From assembly GCA_002189035.1 (NCBI GenBank), contig CM007990.1, forward strand, positions 4,650,001 through 4,714,000: a DNA stretch of 64,000 bases. Direction: 5' to 3'. The DNA comes from Utricularia gibba. Taxonomy: Eukaryota; Plantae; Magnoliophyta. This document shows positions 22,334-34,804 of the stretch, one piece after another. Within the stretch, counting starts at the first letter, position 1, and each line of letters opens with the position of its first letter. The position numbers were made by a program, and so were the translations under genes. Under the pieces are notes generated by a model. It was not told the origin of the DNA and ran no database searches. It worked only from the letters and a program-made list of their open reading frames with translations.

Positions 22334-25300
22334 ATGGAGGTCAAGGAGTCTCCAATTACGGATCTTAGAGGAAATGGTGGCGGAACCTCTTTTGGAGCTC
22401 GATTCGTGCATTTTTGCAAGGTTCCTTTTTGTTTTCTTCGATTAATTGATCTATCAAGCGGGGTGGTGACTTCTTTTACCCCATTCAATTTTTACAATTG
22501 CAGTTCTGGATTTGCATTTGAGTTTTGGAATTTTCCCGAAATTTCATTAGATAATATTTGTATCTGGGTCTTGGTATCATTGACAGAATGATCTGTCGTT
22601 AGAGGACAGCGAAATTGGGGAGCAGACGCTGAAGCTGTTAGAGGAATTAAAAGGTTTATTGGTTGCTAATGCATCCGTTTCAGGAACAGGGACGGTAGGT
22701 GCATTAAAGCTGTTTTTCCCCTTCCCAGCGTTATTTTTTTTGTAAAATTTTGTTCCTGATGACTGTTTTTTATTCTCCCTTGCCCTCGTATCAGCTAGAC
22801 GAAGTGGAAAGGTACTGGTTTGCATGTGTTCTTTACGTGGTGAAACGGCTAAATGAGAATGATGGCCCCAGCAAGAAGGGCCTTACATTATGTCAGATCC
22901 TGAGAACAGCGAAACTCAAGTACACAATTTCTTTCTTTTTTTTTTTCAGTTTCTTGTACTTGTGATCGCATGCTACTCAGGGATCAGCTGGATTTGTTTT
23001 TCTCTACGCAGTGTTACTGATTTTTACAAAGAACTCGGGCAGTTTCTTATCAAGGTTGGCCCAACTGTTGCTAGCTTTTATGGAAGGGATTGGGAGAAGA
23101 GACTCAAGGTATTTGATTTGAGATTGTCTCAATGTCCACAGTTTGAACGAATAATTTATCCCAATTTCTCTTTCAGGCAAAGGAATCACAGACTAACTTC
23201 GTCCACATGATTCTTTTGAGCCAGTAAGCAACTCTTTTTTTCGTTTCTCAGTGCTGTTTATTAATGATTTGTTACTTCTTCTGCTCTTAAATCAGTTCTC
23301 GTTGACTACCTTTCCAGGAAGTATGAACATGCGTATGGAGATTTGTTTTTGCGTTCTGATTCTACCATAAGAACAGACTATTACCGTTTCGGATGGTTGC
23401 TGTTTCTGGCACTTCGTGGACACGTTTTTCACCTTTGCAAGGACTTGGTAACATGTACCCATGGCCTAATCTCCGTTTTGGTTAGTGTATTTGTTCAGCA
23501 TCCACTTGCTCCAGTGTAGAAGAAATACCAAGACGATTAAATACCCATTGCTTTTTCATGCACATTGTTACAGGCAATACTTCTTATACATGCCCCCGAT
23601 TCCCTTAGAAACTTCAATGTGAAAGATTGTGAACACATTGGTATATATTCTTTCTCTTGGTAGTCAATAGTATTCGCAATATTACTTTTTTACAGTTTGT
23701 TTTTCTGCTAACTTTGCCATTTTCGTTGCAGTAATGAATAGTGACAAGGCTGACCTGATTGCATCTCTTTGTAATATGTACGAAACCTCAGAGGATGAGC
23801 TAAGAAAAACCATGGAAAAAGCAAACAGCTTGCTAGCTCATATTCTGAAGAAAGAGGCTCGCTTGGCTTCTGATCATGTGCCACATAACTTGGAAAATAT
23901 GGTCACAGGTATATGTTCTTTTGAAAATATTTTTAGGGAGTCTACCCAGCAATCTTAAAATTATGCCTGCTGCTGTTTTTCTTTTCTTTTAGATGGCTTG
24001 GTCTACTTTGAGGATTTGTTGGATGAGGCTTCTATTTCATCGTCTTTAAGTTTACTGGAGAAGGATTATGAAGTTATGATTCAGAATGACTGGGAATTGG
24101 ATGAGAGGATTTTCATAAGTGAGAAAGAGAGTTTTCTCGGTTCCGGCTCCTTATCTGCTGAACCTGTAGTTACAAATGACAATGAAACTAAGGTTCAATG
24201 TTAATTCTCTACTATTCTTTTATGATATAGAGCTTTTGCACTGCCTGTAGTAACTGTCTTTTATCTTCTACTTCAGAGAAAGATGGAAGCTATCTACTCT
24301 CCAGTGAAGACAGCTGTGAAGCCACAATTATCATATCTTTCTCCTGTCAGGCATTCAAAAGGAATGACAGTCATTGGGCAATCCAAGGTGTTAGCTACGC
24401 CTGTCAGCACCACCATGACAACTGCAAAATGGCTAAGAACAGTGGTGGCTCCACTTCCTCCTAAACCGTCAACTGGGTTGGAGGGATTCCTATCATCATG
24501 TAACCGAGATGTTACATCTGATGTCACCAGAAGGGCTCAAGTAATACTTGAGACCATTTTTCCTAGTAGTATTCCAGGGCAAAAACCAAGCCTGATGGAT
24601 AACAGATGGGCAGAACAACGTAAAATAGAAGCAACTAAACTTTACTACAAGGTGCTGGAAGCAATATGTACAGCAGAGTCGCAGATTCTGCATGCAAACA
24701 ATCTGACTTCTTTGCTGACTAATGAGAGGTTTCATAGATGCATGCTAGCATGTTCTGCAGAACTTGTTCTTGCAACACATAAAACAGTAACAATGTTATT
24801 TCCATCTGTCTTGGAGAAAACTGGAATAACAGCGTTTGATATGAGCAAGGTGATAGAGAGTTTCATCAGGCATGAAGAAAGTTTGCCCAGGGAACTTCGA
24901 AGGCATTTAAATGCTTTGGAAGAGCGGCTGTTGGAGAGCATGGTTTGGGAAAAGGGATCTTCAATGTACAATTCCTTGATCGTGGCTAGACCAGCGCTAT
25001 CTGCTGAAATAAGTCGTCTTGGTTTGTTAGCTGAACCAATGCCTTCCTTAGATGAAATTGCTATGCTTACAGGAACTCAGGCTGGGGCTGTGCCTCTTCT
25101 TCAGCCACATCTAAAGCATGAGGAAAATGGAAGTGGTAAGGATCTGTTTAATGTGTTTATTTGGTGTCAATGACATATTTGGAACGACTGAAAATTTGAT
25201 GGGATTATGTTTATCTGCACCATTTATGTACTTGAGCTAATTCTCTCAGGCCAGGATATAGATATTCAATCTCCAAAAAGAATGCGCATTGAACAGAGAA

Positions 25301-26948
25301 GCATATTGGTAGACAGGAATTCCTTCACTTCACCGGTGAAGGATAGGCAGTTGGCCCCTTGTAGCCTGAAGTCTAAATTCCCCCTCATGTCTTACTGTCC
25401 GTCTTTGCAAGGTAACTCCACCTCAGTACAGTAAGTGCTTAAGATCTTATTCTAACCTAATGCAAGTAATTTTTTCGCCCAGTCCTACTAGACCGAATCC
25501 AGGTGGTGCAGGGGAAACTTGTGCTGATACAGCAGTCAATGTGTTTTTTGGCAAGGTATAAGGCACGCCGTATAATTCTCCAATGCTTATGACAGAGTGC
25601 AGCCTAGTCTTTGGGTGTTGAACTTGTTCAGTGTGCTGACTTCCCTCATTTCCCACGTGTTCACATATTCTATCCTTTCTGTCAACCTATTAGATTGCGA
25701 AGTTAGCTGCGGTCAGAATTAACAGCATGGTGGAAAGGCTACAGCTCTCAGCACAGATAAAAGAGTCTGTCTTTTGCCTTTTCCAAAAGCTCCTTGCTCA
25801 TCGCACAAGTCTGTTCTTTAACCGACACATTGATCAGATAATTCTCTGTTGCTTCTATGGAGTTGCCAAGGTCCATTCCGTAGTCCCCTAATAGTTTCCT
25901 GCAAGTGTTTCATTGTTTTCTCTTTCTCTGACATTGAGTATATTTTTGCAGATTTTCCAGTTTAAACTCACTTTCAAAGAAATAATCTGCGATTATAGAA
26001 AGCAGGCTCCTTGCAAACCACAAGTTTTTCGTAGTGTCTACATTGACTCGGCAGCTGCTTGTCACGAAGGGGTACACTCTCTAATTGTATAAACAGTTTT
26101 GTTGTATGAGATGGTTATGGAGTTTTAGTTCCTTGATTTATTTTGACAGAAAAGCGGCCCACATCATGTTGATATTATCACATTCTACAATGAGGTATTT
26201 ATTCCTGTTGTCAAGCCTCTTCTGGTTGAGCTTGCTCCAGGTGGCTCCCCACAAAGCAGCAGTACTGGTGCTGCTGCTGGTATGAAGAATCATTTTGATG
26301 GTTAGTTCTCCTTCTGTATGAAACTGAGTTCATTCCATCAATCTTCCTGAAAATGATTGAACTCTCACTATCACTGCATTCCAGACCGAGGTGTTCTTCC
26401 AGCATCACCAAAAGCGTCCAAGTTTCCAACTCTCCCAGACATGTCTCCCAAGAAAGTTTCTTCTGTACACAACGTCTACGTCTCACCGTTGCGTTCTTCA
26501 AAGGTTTGCTTCTACATTCATTTGAACTGTGATACTCTTGGGCATTTCCTAATGAACCGTAGAAGAACCTGAATGTGGAATGATGGGATTTTCACTTGCC
26601 CTACTGCAGAAGGAGGCACTAATTTCACACAGCTCCAAAAGCTTCTATGCTTGCGTTGGAGAAAGCACTCGTGCTTTCCAGAGCCCTTCAAAGGATCTCA
26701 ACGCCATCAACAACCGCTTGAATGGGTATGACACCTGCTGGCTGCGGATTTCTGCTGCAAATATGAACTGAACAAGTCTTTGTTTGTGTGCGTTTCACAG
26801 AACCCTGAAGCGCAGGGGAGCACTCAATTTCGATGAAGTTGATGCTGGCTTGGTGACAGACTCTGTAGTCGCTACCACCCTCCAAAACGGAGGAGCTTCC
26901 TCTACACCTCCAGTGGCGATCATGAAATCAGAGCAACCTGATTCTTGA
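22334..26948 (+). CDS. RBR1: Retinoblastoma-related protein (multi-exon)
   Basis: RB_A motifs [24 protein letters not shown] and [13 protein letters not shown]...[13 protein letters not shown]; RB_B motifs [12 protein letters not shown] and [17 protein letters not shown]; C-terminal [21 protein letters not shown]. Stop TGA at 26946-26948. Confidence 0.96.
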
Positions 26949-27267
26949 TTCTTGGAGCTGTAGTGGTTGTATGTACATATATTTATATATACATAACCTG
27001 TTTCAGGGATGGTAATAGATCGGAACTTTCTATTTTTGTGTTCTAGCAAATTCCCTGTTGCCGTGCCCTAATTGGGCGGCGGCCCATTTGCCGGTGGATC
27101 GAAGCTATATGAAATGGGTAAAGTGAGCCCTTGGTTTTAACGCCTGCCCGGTAAAATTTCGGTTGATTTCCTGTCCTTCCAATTTCCATTGTTGAAGCTT
27201 TTGACTTCCGTGATAACACTTCAGGGGGTGCGATAAGCGATCCTATTGGAAGAATCAACCGGCGAAA

Positions 27268-30200
27268 ATGTTGCCGGAGCTTCAGCCGCCCGCGTTTCGC
27301 CACTACATCTCATCCTCTGTTAGCTCGCCTTCTTTTCCTACCTCCTCCGGCACTCGCGGCGACCAAAACCCTAACCTCAGCCCCAGTTCATCCTTCCATT
27401 ATGCCAGAACCTCCGGGGCCAGCGGTGGAAGCAACCGCCGCGCAAGCGCATCTAAGAAGAATGCTCGGTTGGCTTCTTCTTCGTTCGGGCATAATGCGCG
27501 AATCGCCATCGCGCTTGTGCCGTCGGCTGCTTTTCTTCTTGATCTCGGCGGCACACCGGTGGTCGCCACGCTTGTTTTCGGGCTGATGGTGGCCTACGTA
27601 ATCGATTATCTGAGTTTTAAATTCGGTTCATTTTTGGCTGTTTGGTTTACGCTTATCGCGGCGCAGATTGCCTTCTTCTTCAGCTCTTCCCATTTTTACT
27701 CCTTCAACTACGTTTCTCTTAGCATCCTCGCTTACCTGACTTGCTCATTTACGAACTTCTTGATTGGTGTTTGGGTTTCTATTCAGTTCAAATGGCTGCA
27801 GATCGAGTATCCCACTATCGTGGTTGCTCTTGAACGCCTGTTATTCGCCTGTGTTCCTCTTATGGCATCGGCAGTTTTCACATGGGCCACTGTGTCCGCA
27901 GTTGGGATGATGAATGCGGGGTATTATCTCATGGTATTTAACTGCATCTTTTACTGGCTTTACTCAATTCCTCGCGTGTCTTCATTCAAGTCGAAGCAGG
28001 ATTTGGACTACCATGGAGCTCAAGTTCCTGAAGATAGTTTTATTCTTGGACACTTGGAGAGTTGTTTCCACACGTTGAATCTCTTGTTCTGTCCTTTGAT
28101 GTTTCACGTCGCCTCACACTATTTGGTTATGTTTTCTTCTAGCGCTGGCATTAGCGATTTGTTTCTTCTTTTTTTCATTCCTTTCCTCCTCCAACTTTAT
28201 GCTTCAACAAGGGGGCGTTGTGGTGGGTCACTAAAAGTGAGAGCAAGTTGCGGAGCATTCAGTTTGTAAATGGAGCTATTGCACTGACCATTGTCGTTAT
28301 ATGCTTAGAGGTTCGGGTGGTTTTCCTATCATTTGGGAGGTATATTCACGTTCCACCCCCTCTGAGTTATATGCTTGTGACAATCACTATGCTTGGGAGT
28401 GCTGCTGCGGCTGGTGCCTATGCTGTCGGCCTAGTTTCCGATGCAGTTAGCTCGCAAATATTTACTGTTCTGGCCATGATAGCCAGTGCTTCTGGAGCGA
28501 TTGTCGTGGGGATTCATGTTGTCGTATGTACTTCTCCTTGATGTCTATCGTGAAACTTATTGCTTGTCCTGTTATGTAACACACTACTGCTTGTTGCATG
28601 GATATGATCATCTCTCTCCTAATTTGATGTGTTATCCGTTTAGTGTTTCGTAATCTGGTGATAGAAACATGGTCTTTTCTCTTGCAGTTCCTTCCAGTTC
28701 CACTGGCGGCTGGATACCACTTGGCGCGTTTCCTCACAAAGAAAAATATATGGTCGTACTTTACATTTGTTGTGCTCGGAAGTCTCCTGGTGACTTGGTT
28801 TGTTGTTAAGAACTATTGGGATCTTAACATTTGGATAGCAGGAATGCCCTTGAAGTCCTTTTGTAAGCTTATTGTTGGGAATGTGACTCTGGCGCTGATG
28901 ATTCCTGGGGTAGCTGTTTTTCCAGCAAAATTCCGTTTCTTGAGTGAAGCTGGCTTGATAAGCCATGCTTTATTGTTATGCTACATTGAGAATAGTTTCT
29001 TCAACTATTCAACTTACTACTATTATGGGATTGATGAAGATGTGATGTACCCTACCTATATGGTTATTTTCACTACGTTTTTGGGGTTGACCATCGTGCA
29101 TAGACTCTCTGTGGACCAAAGAATTGGACAAAAGGCTGTTTGGGTTCTCATCTGCCTCTACTCCTCTAAGATATCTCTGCTTTTTATGGCTTCAAAGACT
29201 GTGATATGGGTGACCGTGGTTCTTCTGTTGGCAGTGTCTCCACCATTCCTGCTTTATAAGTACTACTGAATACTGCTTCTATTGTTTTCTTGTTAAAGGC
29301 TCTTTGCTTTGAAACTCATCCGATTCATTATCCTGCAGGGACAAGTCTAAACTAGTTTCGAAGATGAAACCATGGCAGGGTTGTGCCCATGCGGGTGTCG
29401 TTGCTTTCTCTGTCTTATTCTGTCGTGAAACTGTATTTGAAGCCCTTCAGTGGTGGAATGGGAGGCCTCCGTCAGATGGTTTGGTTTTAGGCTCTTGCAT
29501 CCTTCTCATGGCACTGGCTTGCATACCGATCATTGCTTTGCACTTTCCAAATGCCATGGTAACAATATTTAATTCCCATTTTCTCTGTAAATGCTTTTTC
29601 TCTATCTATATCTGCATTTTTTTCCCATAAGCACTCAGTGCGCCTTGGATTCATAATACCTGAAAACTTTCATTTTAATTCGCAGACTGCAAAAAGATAC
29701 TTGGTTTTGGCTATAGCAACTGGTATTCTGTTCATCTTGATGCAGCCTCCTGTGCCATTTTCATGGACTTATCATTCTGACCTCATTAAGTCCTCGCATC
29801 ATTTAGCAGACGACATTTCAATATATGGTTTCATGGCACTGAAGCCTACATGGCCTTCATGGTTACTTATCACAGCAGTCTTGCTCACTCTTGCTGCTGT
29901 CACGTCCATAATCCCTATTAGCTACATTGTGGAACTGAGAACACTTTATGCAGTTTCTGTGGGCGTTGCTCTTGGGATTTACATAGCTGCAGAATATTTT
30001 CTTCAGGCAGCAGTTCTTCATGCCCTTATTGTTGTGACCATGGTGTGCACTTCTGTGTTTGTCGTGTTTACACATATACCATCGGCCTCTAGCACTAAGC
30101 TTCTTCCTTGGGTATTCGCCTTAATTGTGGCTCTCTTTCCAGTCACATATTTGTTGGAAGGGCAGGTTAGGATCAGTAAGAGTATCTTTGGCGATGGTGA

Positions 30201-31037
30201 AATTAATGACATATCAGAAGAAGACAGCAAGATAGCGACATTACTGGCTGTTGAGGGTGCTAGGACATCTCTTCTTGGTCTGTATGCAGCCATATTTATG
30301 TTAATAGCACTTGAGATAAAATTTGAGCTTGCTTCACTTATGCGGGAAAAGATTTCCGGGAGCGGAGGACTCCGATCGAACCAGCTAGGGCAGACCACTT
30401 CTGTCAATGCTCCACCGAAATTAAGATTTCTGAAGCAACGCAGGGCTGCCATGATGCCAGCATTCACCATTAAAAGAATTGCCGCAGAGGGGGCATGGAT
30501 GCCTGCCGTCGGTAACGTGTCCACCATCATGTGCTTTGCTATATGCTTGATCTTGAATGTGAATCTGACGGGGGGCTCAAACCGTGCCATATTCTTCATA
30601 GCACCTATTCTGTTGCTTCTCAACCAGGACTCAGATTTTTTTGCTGGTTTTGGTGATAAGCAGCGATACTTCCCTGTCACTGTTGCAATATCTGGCTATT
30701 TTATCGTGACAGCATTATACAACATATGGGAGGAAGTCTGGCATGGAAACCCAAGCTGGGGTGTCGAGATTGGAGGACCAGACTGGATTTTCATGGTAAA
30801 GAATGTGGCCCTCCTTATTCTCACCCTTCCCGGTCACATCCTTTTCAACCAGTTCGTCTGGAGCCGCACGAAGAAAGCCGATGCTAGGCCCCTGATTACC
30901 ATACCCTCAATTTACCCTGTGTCATAATGTCGGACATCTTAAAGATCAAGATTTTGGGTCTGCTCGGAGTTATCTACTCCTTGGCTCAGTACATGATCTC
31001 TAGGCAACAGCATCTCGCAGGGTTGAGGTACATTTAA
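27268..31037 (+). CDS. NEF1: NO EXINE FORMATION 1 multi-pass membrane protein; exons ~27268-28523, 28688-29259, 29339-29557, 29686-31037
   Basis: N-terminus MLPELQPPAFRHYI...NARIAIALVPSAAFLLDLGGTPVVATL, SIQFKWLQIEYPTIVVALERLLFAC and C-terminus YSLAQYMISRQQHLAGLRYI*. 1-nt deletions at 28211-28215 and 30904-30906. Confidence 0.92.
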
Positions 31038-31752
31038 GGCTGACTGGAGTAGAACATAATACCCATGTACCATATAGTTGATGGATGATGCTGCCTGAGT
31101 TTGCGGTGTAACTTATCTTCACATGATGCAGTGTAGCTCCCTAGCCCCTTGATAAGTTCTCTTCTGTAATCTACTGGCGGTTTTGAAAAAATGAGGATTC
31201 TTGACTACATGCTCTGGTTTCCATATTTTCAAGCAAGATTTGAACCTCTATGTCGATGATTGCGTACTCGTTTCCCAGTTTCATTCATTTTTCTTTACAT
31301 GCATTAGAAAGACGACCCTTTTAGTCAAGGTGTAGCATTACTGATAAACCTTGGAGCACAGGAGCATCTAGAGACGGCGGAGGGGCACAACTCGATCTCC
31401 GCCGGCGCCTTCTGCAGGGTGGTGACTCCAGTTTGCTTGGCACGTGCAAAATGCATGACCTCCCCTTCCGTCTTTTCAAGAATATTCACCATTTTTTATT
31501 TTTAAATTATGAAAGTAAGAAAAATTCACATCACTTTTTCCTTTCTTCTTCGTATTTTCCATAAAAATTATTTTTAAAAAGCGATTCAGAACTTTGAAGC
31601 ATCAATTTCCTTTTATGTTCTATTTTTAATTTAATTTTTGAAATTTGTAAAAATTATATTTCTATTTTTTTTTTTTACAGACATTTACATTCATATGAGA
31701 TATTTTGTGTGAAACTGTGTGCTCAATCTGCGGGATGGATTCAGGCCCACCG

Positions 31753-31776
31753 TTTTTTTTTTTTTTTTTTTTTTTT
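31753..31776. repeat. Poly(T)24 tract upstream of CYP51
   Basis: 24 consecutive T read directly from the sequence. Confidence 0.9.
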
Positions 31777-32116
31777 GCATGTGAGCCCAGCTCAGATTCT
31801 GTAATCTTTCCCCATGTCTGCTGCCTCCGCCGGAGAGTGTAGAAGACTGCCAGCACTGATATAAAGTCCACGAACTGAACCAATTTTTGTGCATCGTTGT
31901 TTCTCAGCGAGATCACGGATTGGTGACCACCGTATATCTTGTATCATCTTCAGGTAAAAGTTTCGTCTTCTGTGAGATTAAATGCTGTGTGGCTCGAGAT
32001 GACAACATAGCATTTGGAAATCCGATCGGGAAATTGTATGTCTAGGGTGCAGCATTGTCTCTGGATCTAACCTTTTGTTGCTTTCGGTTCGTGAATTGCA
32101 GTTTGAGTTCGCTGTA

Positions 32117-33779
32117 ATGCAAGAGGCGGAGTCGTATACTAAAATTCTGAATGTTGGACTTCTTTTGGTGGCTACATTTTTGGCCGCCAAACTGATTTCC
32201 ACATTGCTATTCCCTAGATCTAAAAAACGGTTGCCGCCGACTGTGAAAGCCTGGCCGCTTTTGGGGGTTTGTTCCGGTTCTTGAAAGGACCAGTGGTGAT
32301 GCTGCGGGAGGAGTACCCTAAGCTTGGTGGCGTATTCACTGTGAAACTTCTCAATAAGAACATCACCTTCTTGATTGGCCCAGAGGTTTCAGCTCATTTT
32401 TTCAAAGCCCCTGAGTCTGATCTCAGCCAGCAGGAGGTTTACCAATACAGTGTGCCAACTTTTGGGCCTGGAGTGGTGTTTGATGTGGACTACAGCATTC
32501 GTCAGGAACAATTCAGGTTTTTCACTGAGGCGTTAAGGGTTAATAAGCTCAAGGGTTATGTAGAGCAGATGGTTATGGAAGCTGAGGTACTATTCTTTGT
32601 AGTGTGCTCTCCCCTGTTCCATATGTTATTTGATTACAACATGTCTTTAGATTTTGATCTGTTTGCATGATTACTAAGATCCAAATCTGAGTATAACTTT
32701 TGAAATATTGATAATTGGTTCTTAATTCACATTTACTGGAGTGTAAGTAAATTCATCAACTGTGTTTGCTTGATCCATCAGGATTACTTTTCCAAATGGG
32801 GTGACAGTGGTGAAGTGGATCTCAAGTATGAATTGGAGCATCTAATCATACTGACAGCCAGCAGATGCTTGTTGGGTGAAGAGGTCCGCAACAATCTATT
32901 TGAAGATGTCTCGGCTCTCTTCCATGACCTTGATAATGGGATGCTTCCAATCAGTGTCGTTCTCCCTAAGCTTCCAATCCCTGCACATCGTTGTCGTGAT
33001 CAAGCTCGCAACAAACTTGCTCAGATATTTGCTAACATCATAGCAGCTCGCAAACAAGCTGGTGAAGCTAAGAATGATTTGCTGCAGTGCTTCATCGACT
33101 CCAAGTACAAAAATGGACGATCTACCACGGAGGAAGAGGTCACGGGTCTACTGATTGCTGCTCTCTTTGCTGGCCAGCACACAAGCTCAATCACTTCCAC
33201 ATGGACAGGGGCATACCTACTCTCCAACCCAAAGTTCATGTCAGCTGTGTTGGAGGAGCAAAAGATGGTGATCCAGAAGCATGGAAATGGTATTGATTAT
33301 GACGTTTTATCGGAGATGGAAGTCCTCTATCGGTGTGTAAAAGAAGCGTTGAGACTTCACCCACCGCTTATAATGCTAATGAGAAACTCCAACACTGAGT
33401 TCAGTGTGACAACAAGGGAGGGAGTGGAATATGACATACCAAAGGGCCACATTGTGGCAACCTCCCCGCTTTTGCCAATCGACTCTCATACATCTACAAA
33501 GACCCTGATACCTATGATCCTGATCGGTTTGCCCCGAATAGAGATGAAGACAAGGCAGCTGGAGCCTTCTCCTTTATATCCTTCGGTGGAGGTAGGCATG
33601 GGTGCCTTGGGGAGCCATTTGCTTATCTGCAGATAAAAGCAATATGGAGCCATCTACTGAGGAACTTCGAGATGGAGCTCATTTCACCTTTCCCAGAAAT
33701 AGACTGGAATGCTATGGTCGTTGGTGTGAAGGGGAAGGTGATGGTGCGGTACAGACGCAAAAAGCTTGGCCTCAACTGA
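32117..33779 (+). CDS. CYP51G1: Obtusifoliol (sterol) 14-alpha-demethylase, cytochrome P450 CYP51; exons 32117-32586 and 32782-33779
   Basis: VPTFGPGVVFDVD, I-helix LIAALFAGQHTSSIT, EALRLHPP and heme motif SFGGGRHGCLGE. 1-nt deletions at 32263-32267 and 33464-33467. Confidence 0.96.
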
Positions 33780-34804
33780 ACGAGGTGCGTCCAATAAAAA
33801 AAAAATGTTTGGTAGGCATCCCTGAAGGTTGGTTTCATTTCTGCTTCCTTTGATTTGTTTCTTGTTATTCAAAACGGTATTCAGGTACCTCTTTATCTCT
33901 TCTTTGCAACATCACAGTGAGCAGTTAATTTTACTAAGCTCCCCCCATTTTTTAACCAAAATAGAAACATTGGAAATCGGTAGTTACCTTTAAGTAATCA
34001 ACAGAGAGGCCCTTCTGGGGCTTTGGACACTATTTATCAAGCAGAGCCTTCCACGGCGGCTGATGCTGCTTTCATTGAAGCGACCGCAGAAATGGCCGCC
34101 CGCGAGTCGGTTGATGGTTATCTGCCTTCTTTGAATTCGGAGTGATTCCTCAGGATGAAGCTGGTGCTTTTTCCGTGGATCCTCTTGAACAGGTCATGTA
34201 CGAGCTTCGTTAGTGTTCCAGGAGATTTGATTATTCCTGGAGGCCTCCGATTGGTGAAATGCGCTTTGACTTCTTGGTGTAGAGAGGGGTGGATGCACTT
34301 AGCTGCTTGCTAGGGAGATGGTTGAGCCTCTATGCTTTCGACACTTTCAATGCTTCCCTTGTATTTTCTTGGGAGATGAGATGGATTTTTCTATGTTGAG
34401 TGTTAGTCCAGTTGAGAGGAATGCCACAAGTAGGTTAGACTTGAGAATCAGAACAAAAATTCCAGCACTGGCTTGAGACTCGTGTTTTTCTGCCCAAAAG
34501 TACAGTCAAGTTCCTGAGAAGAGAGGGGGCAAAATGGAGGATACTACAAAATTTGCCAAGGGGTAAAAATATGACTGGAAATCCTCCTCCATACACTACA
34601 GCACATTTTGCTGTAAGCTCATGAACTCTATACAGACCAGACACAATACAACTCCTTCAAGGTGTCCAAAACTTTGGAGATCGTCCATGTTGCTGGCTCC
34701 TTGTCAGCTTCGATGCTTGAATATACACAGTAACGAAGGGTCAGATAGATTACCAGGTCATGTTCAGTACAACAATAAGGTTAGTGAACCAGGGAGGCAG
34801 CAGC

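Noticed and set aside
31320-31480. GC-rich patch with a 45-codon - strand ORF and GGCACGTGCA (the 3' half of miR164)
   Set aside because: The rest of miR164 and a star arm are absent, and the peptide is not recognised.
31745-31933. SINE-like insertion (poly(A)24 on - strand, CCACCG direct repeat on both sides)
   Set aside because: No convincing Pol III A/B boxes, the putative TSD is short and GC-rich, and the region is probably the CYP51 promoter/5'UTR.
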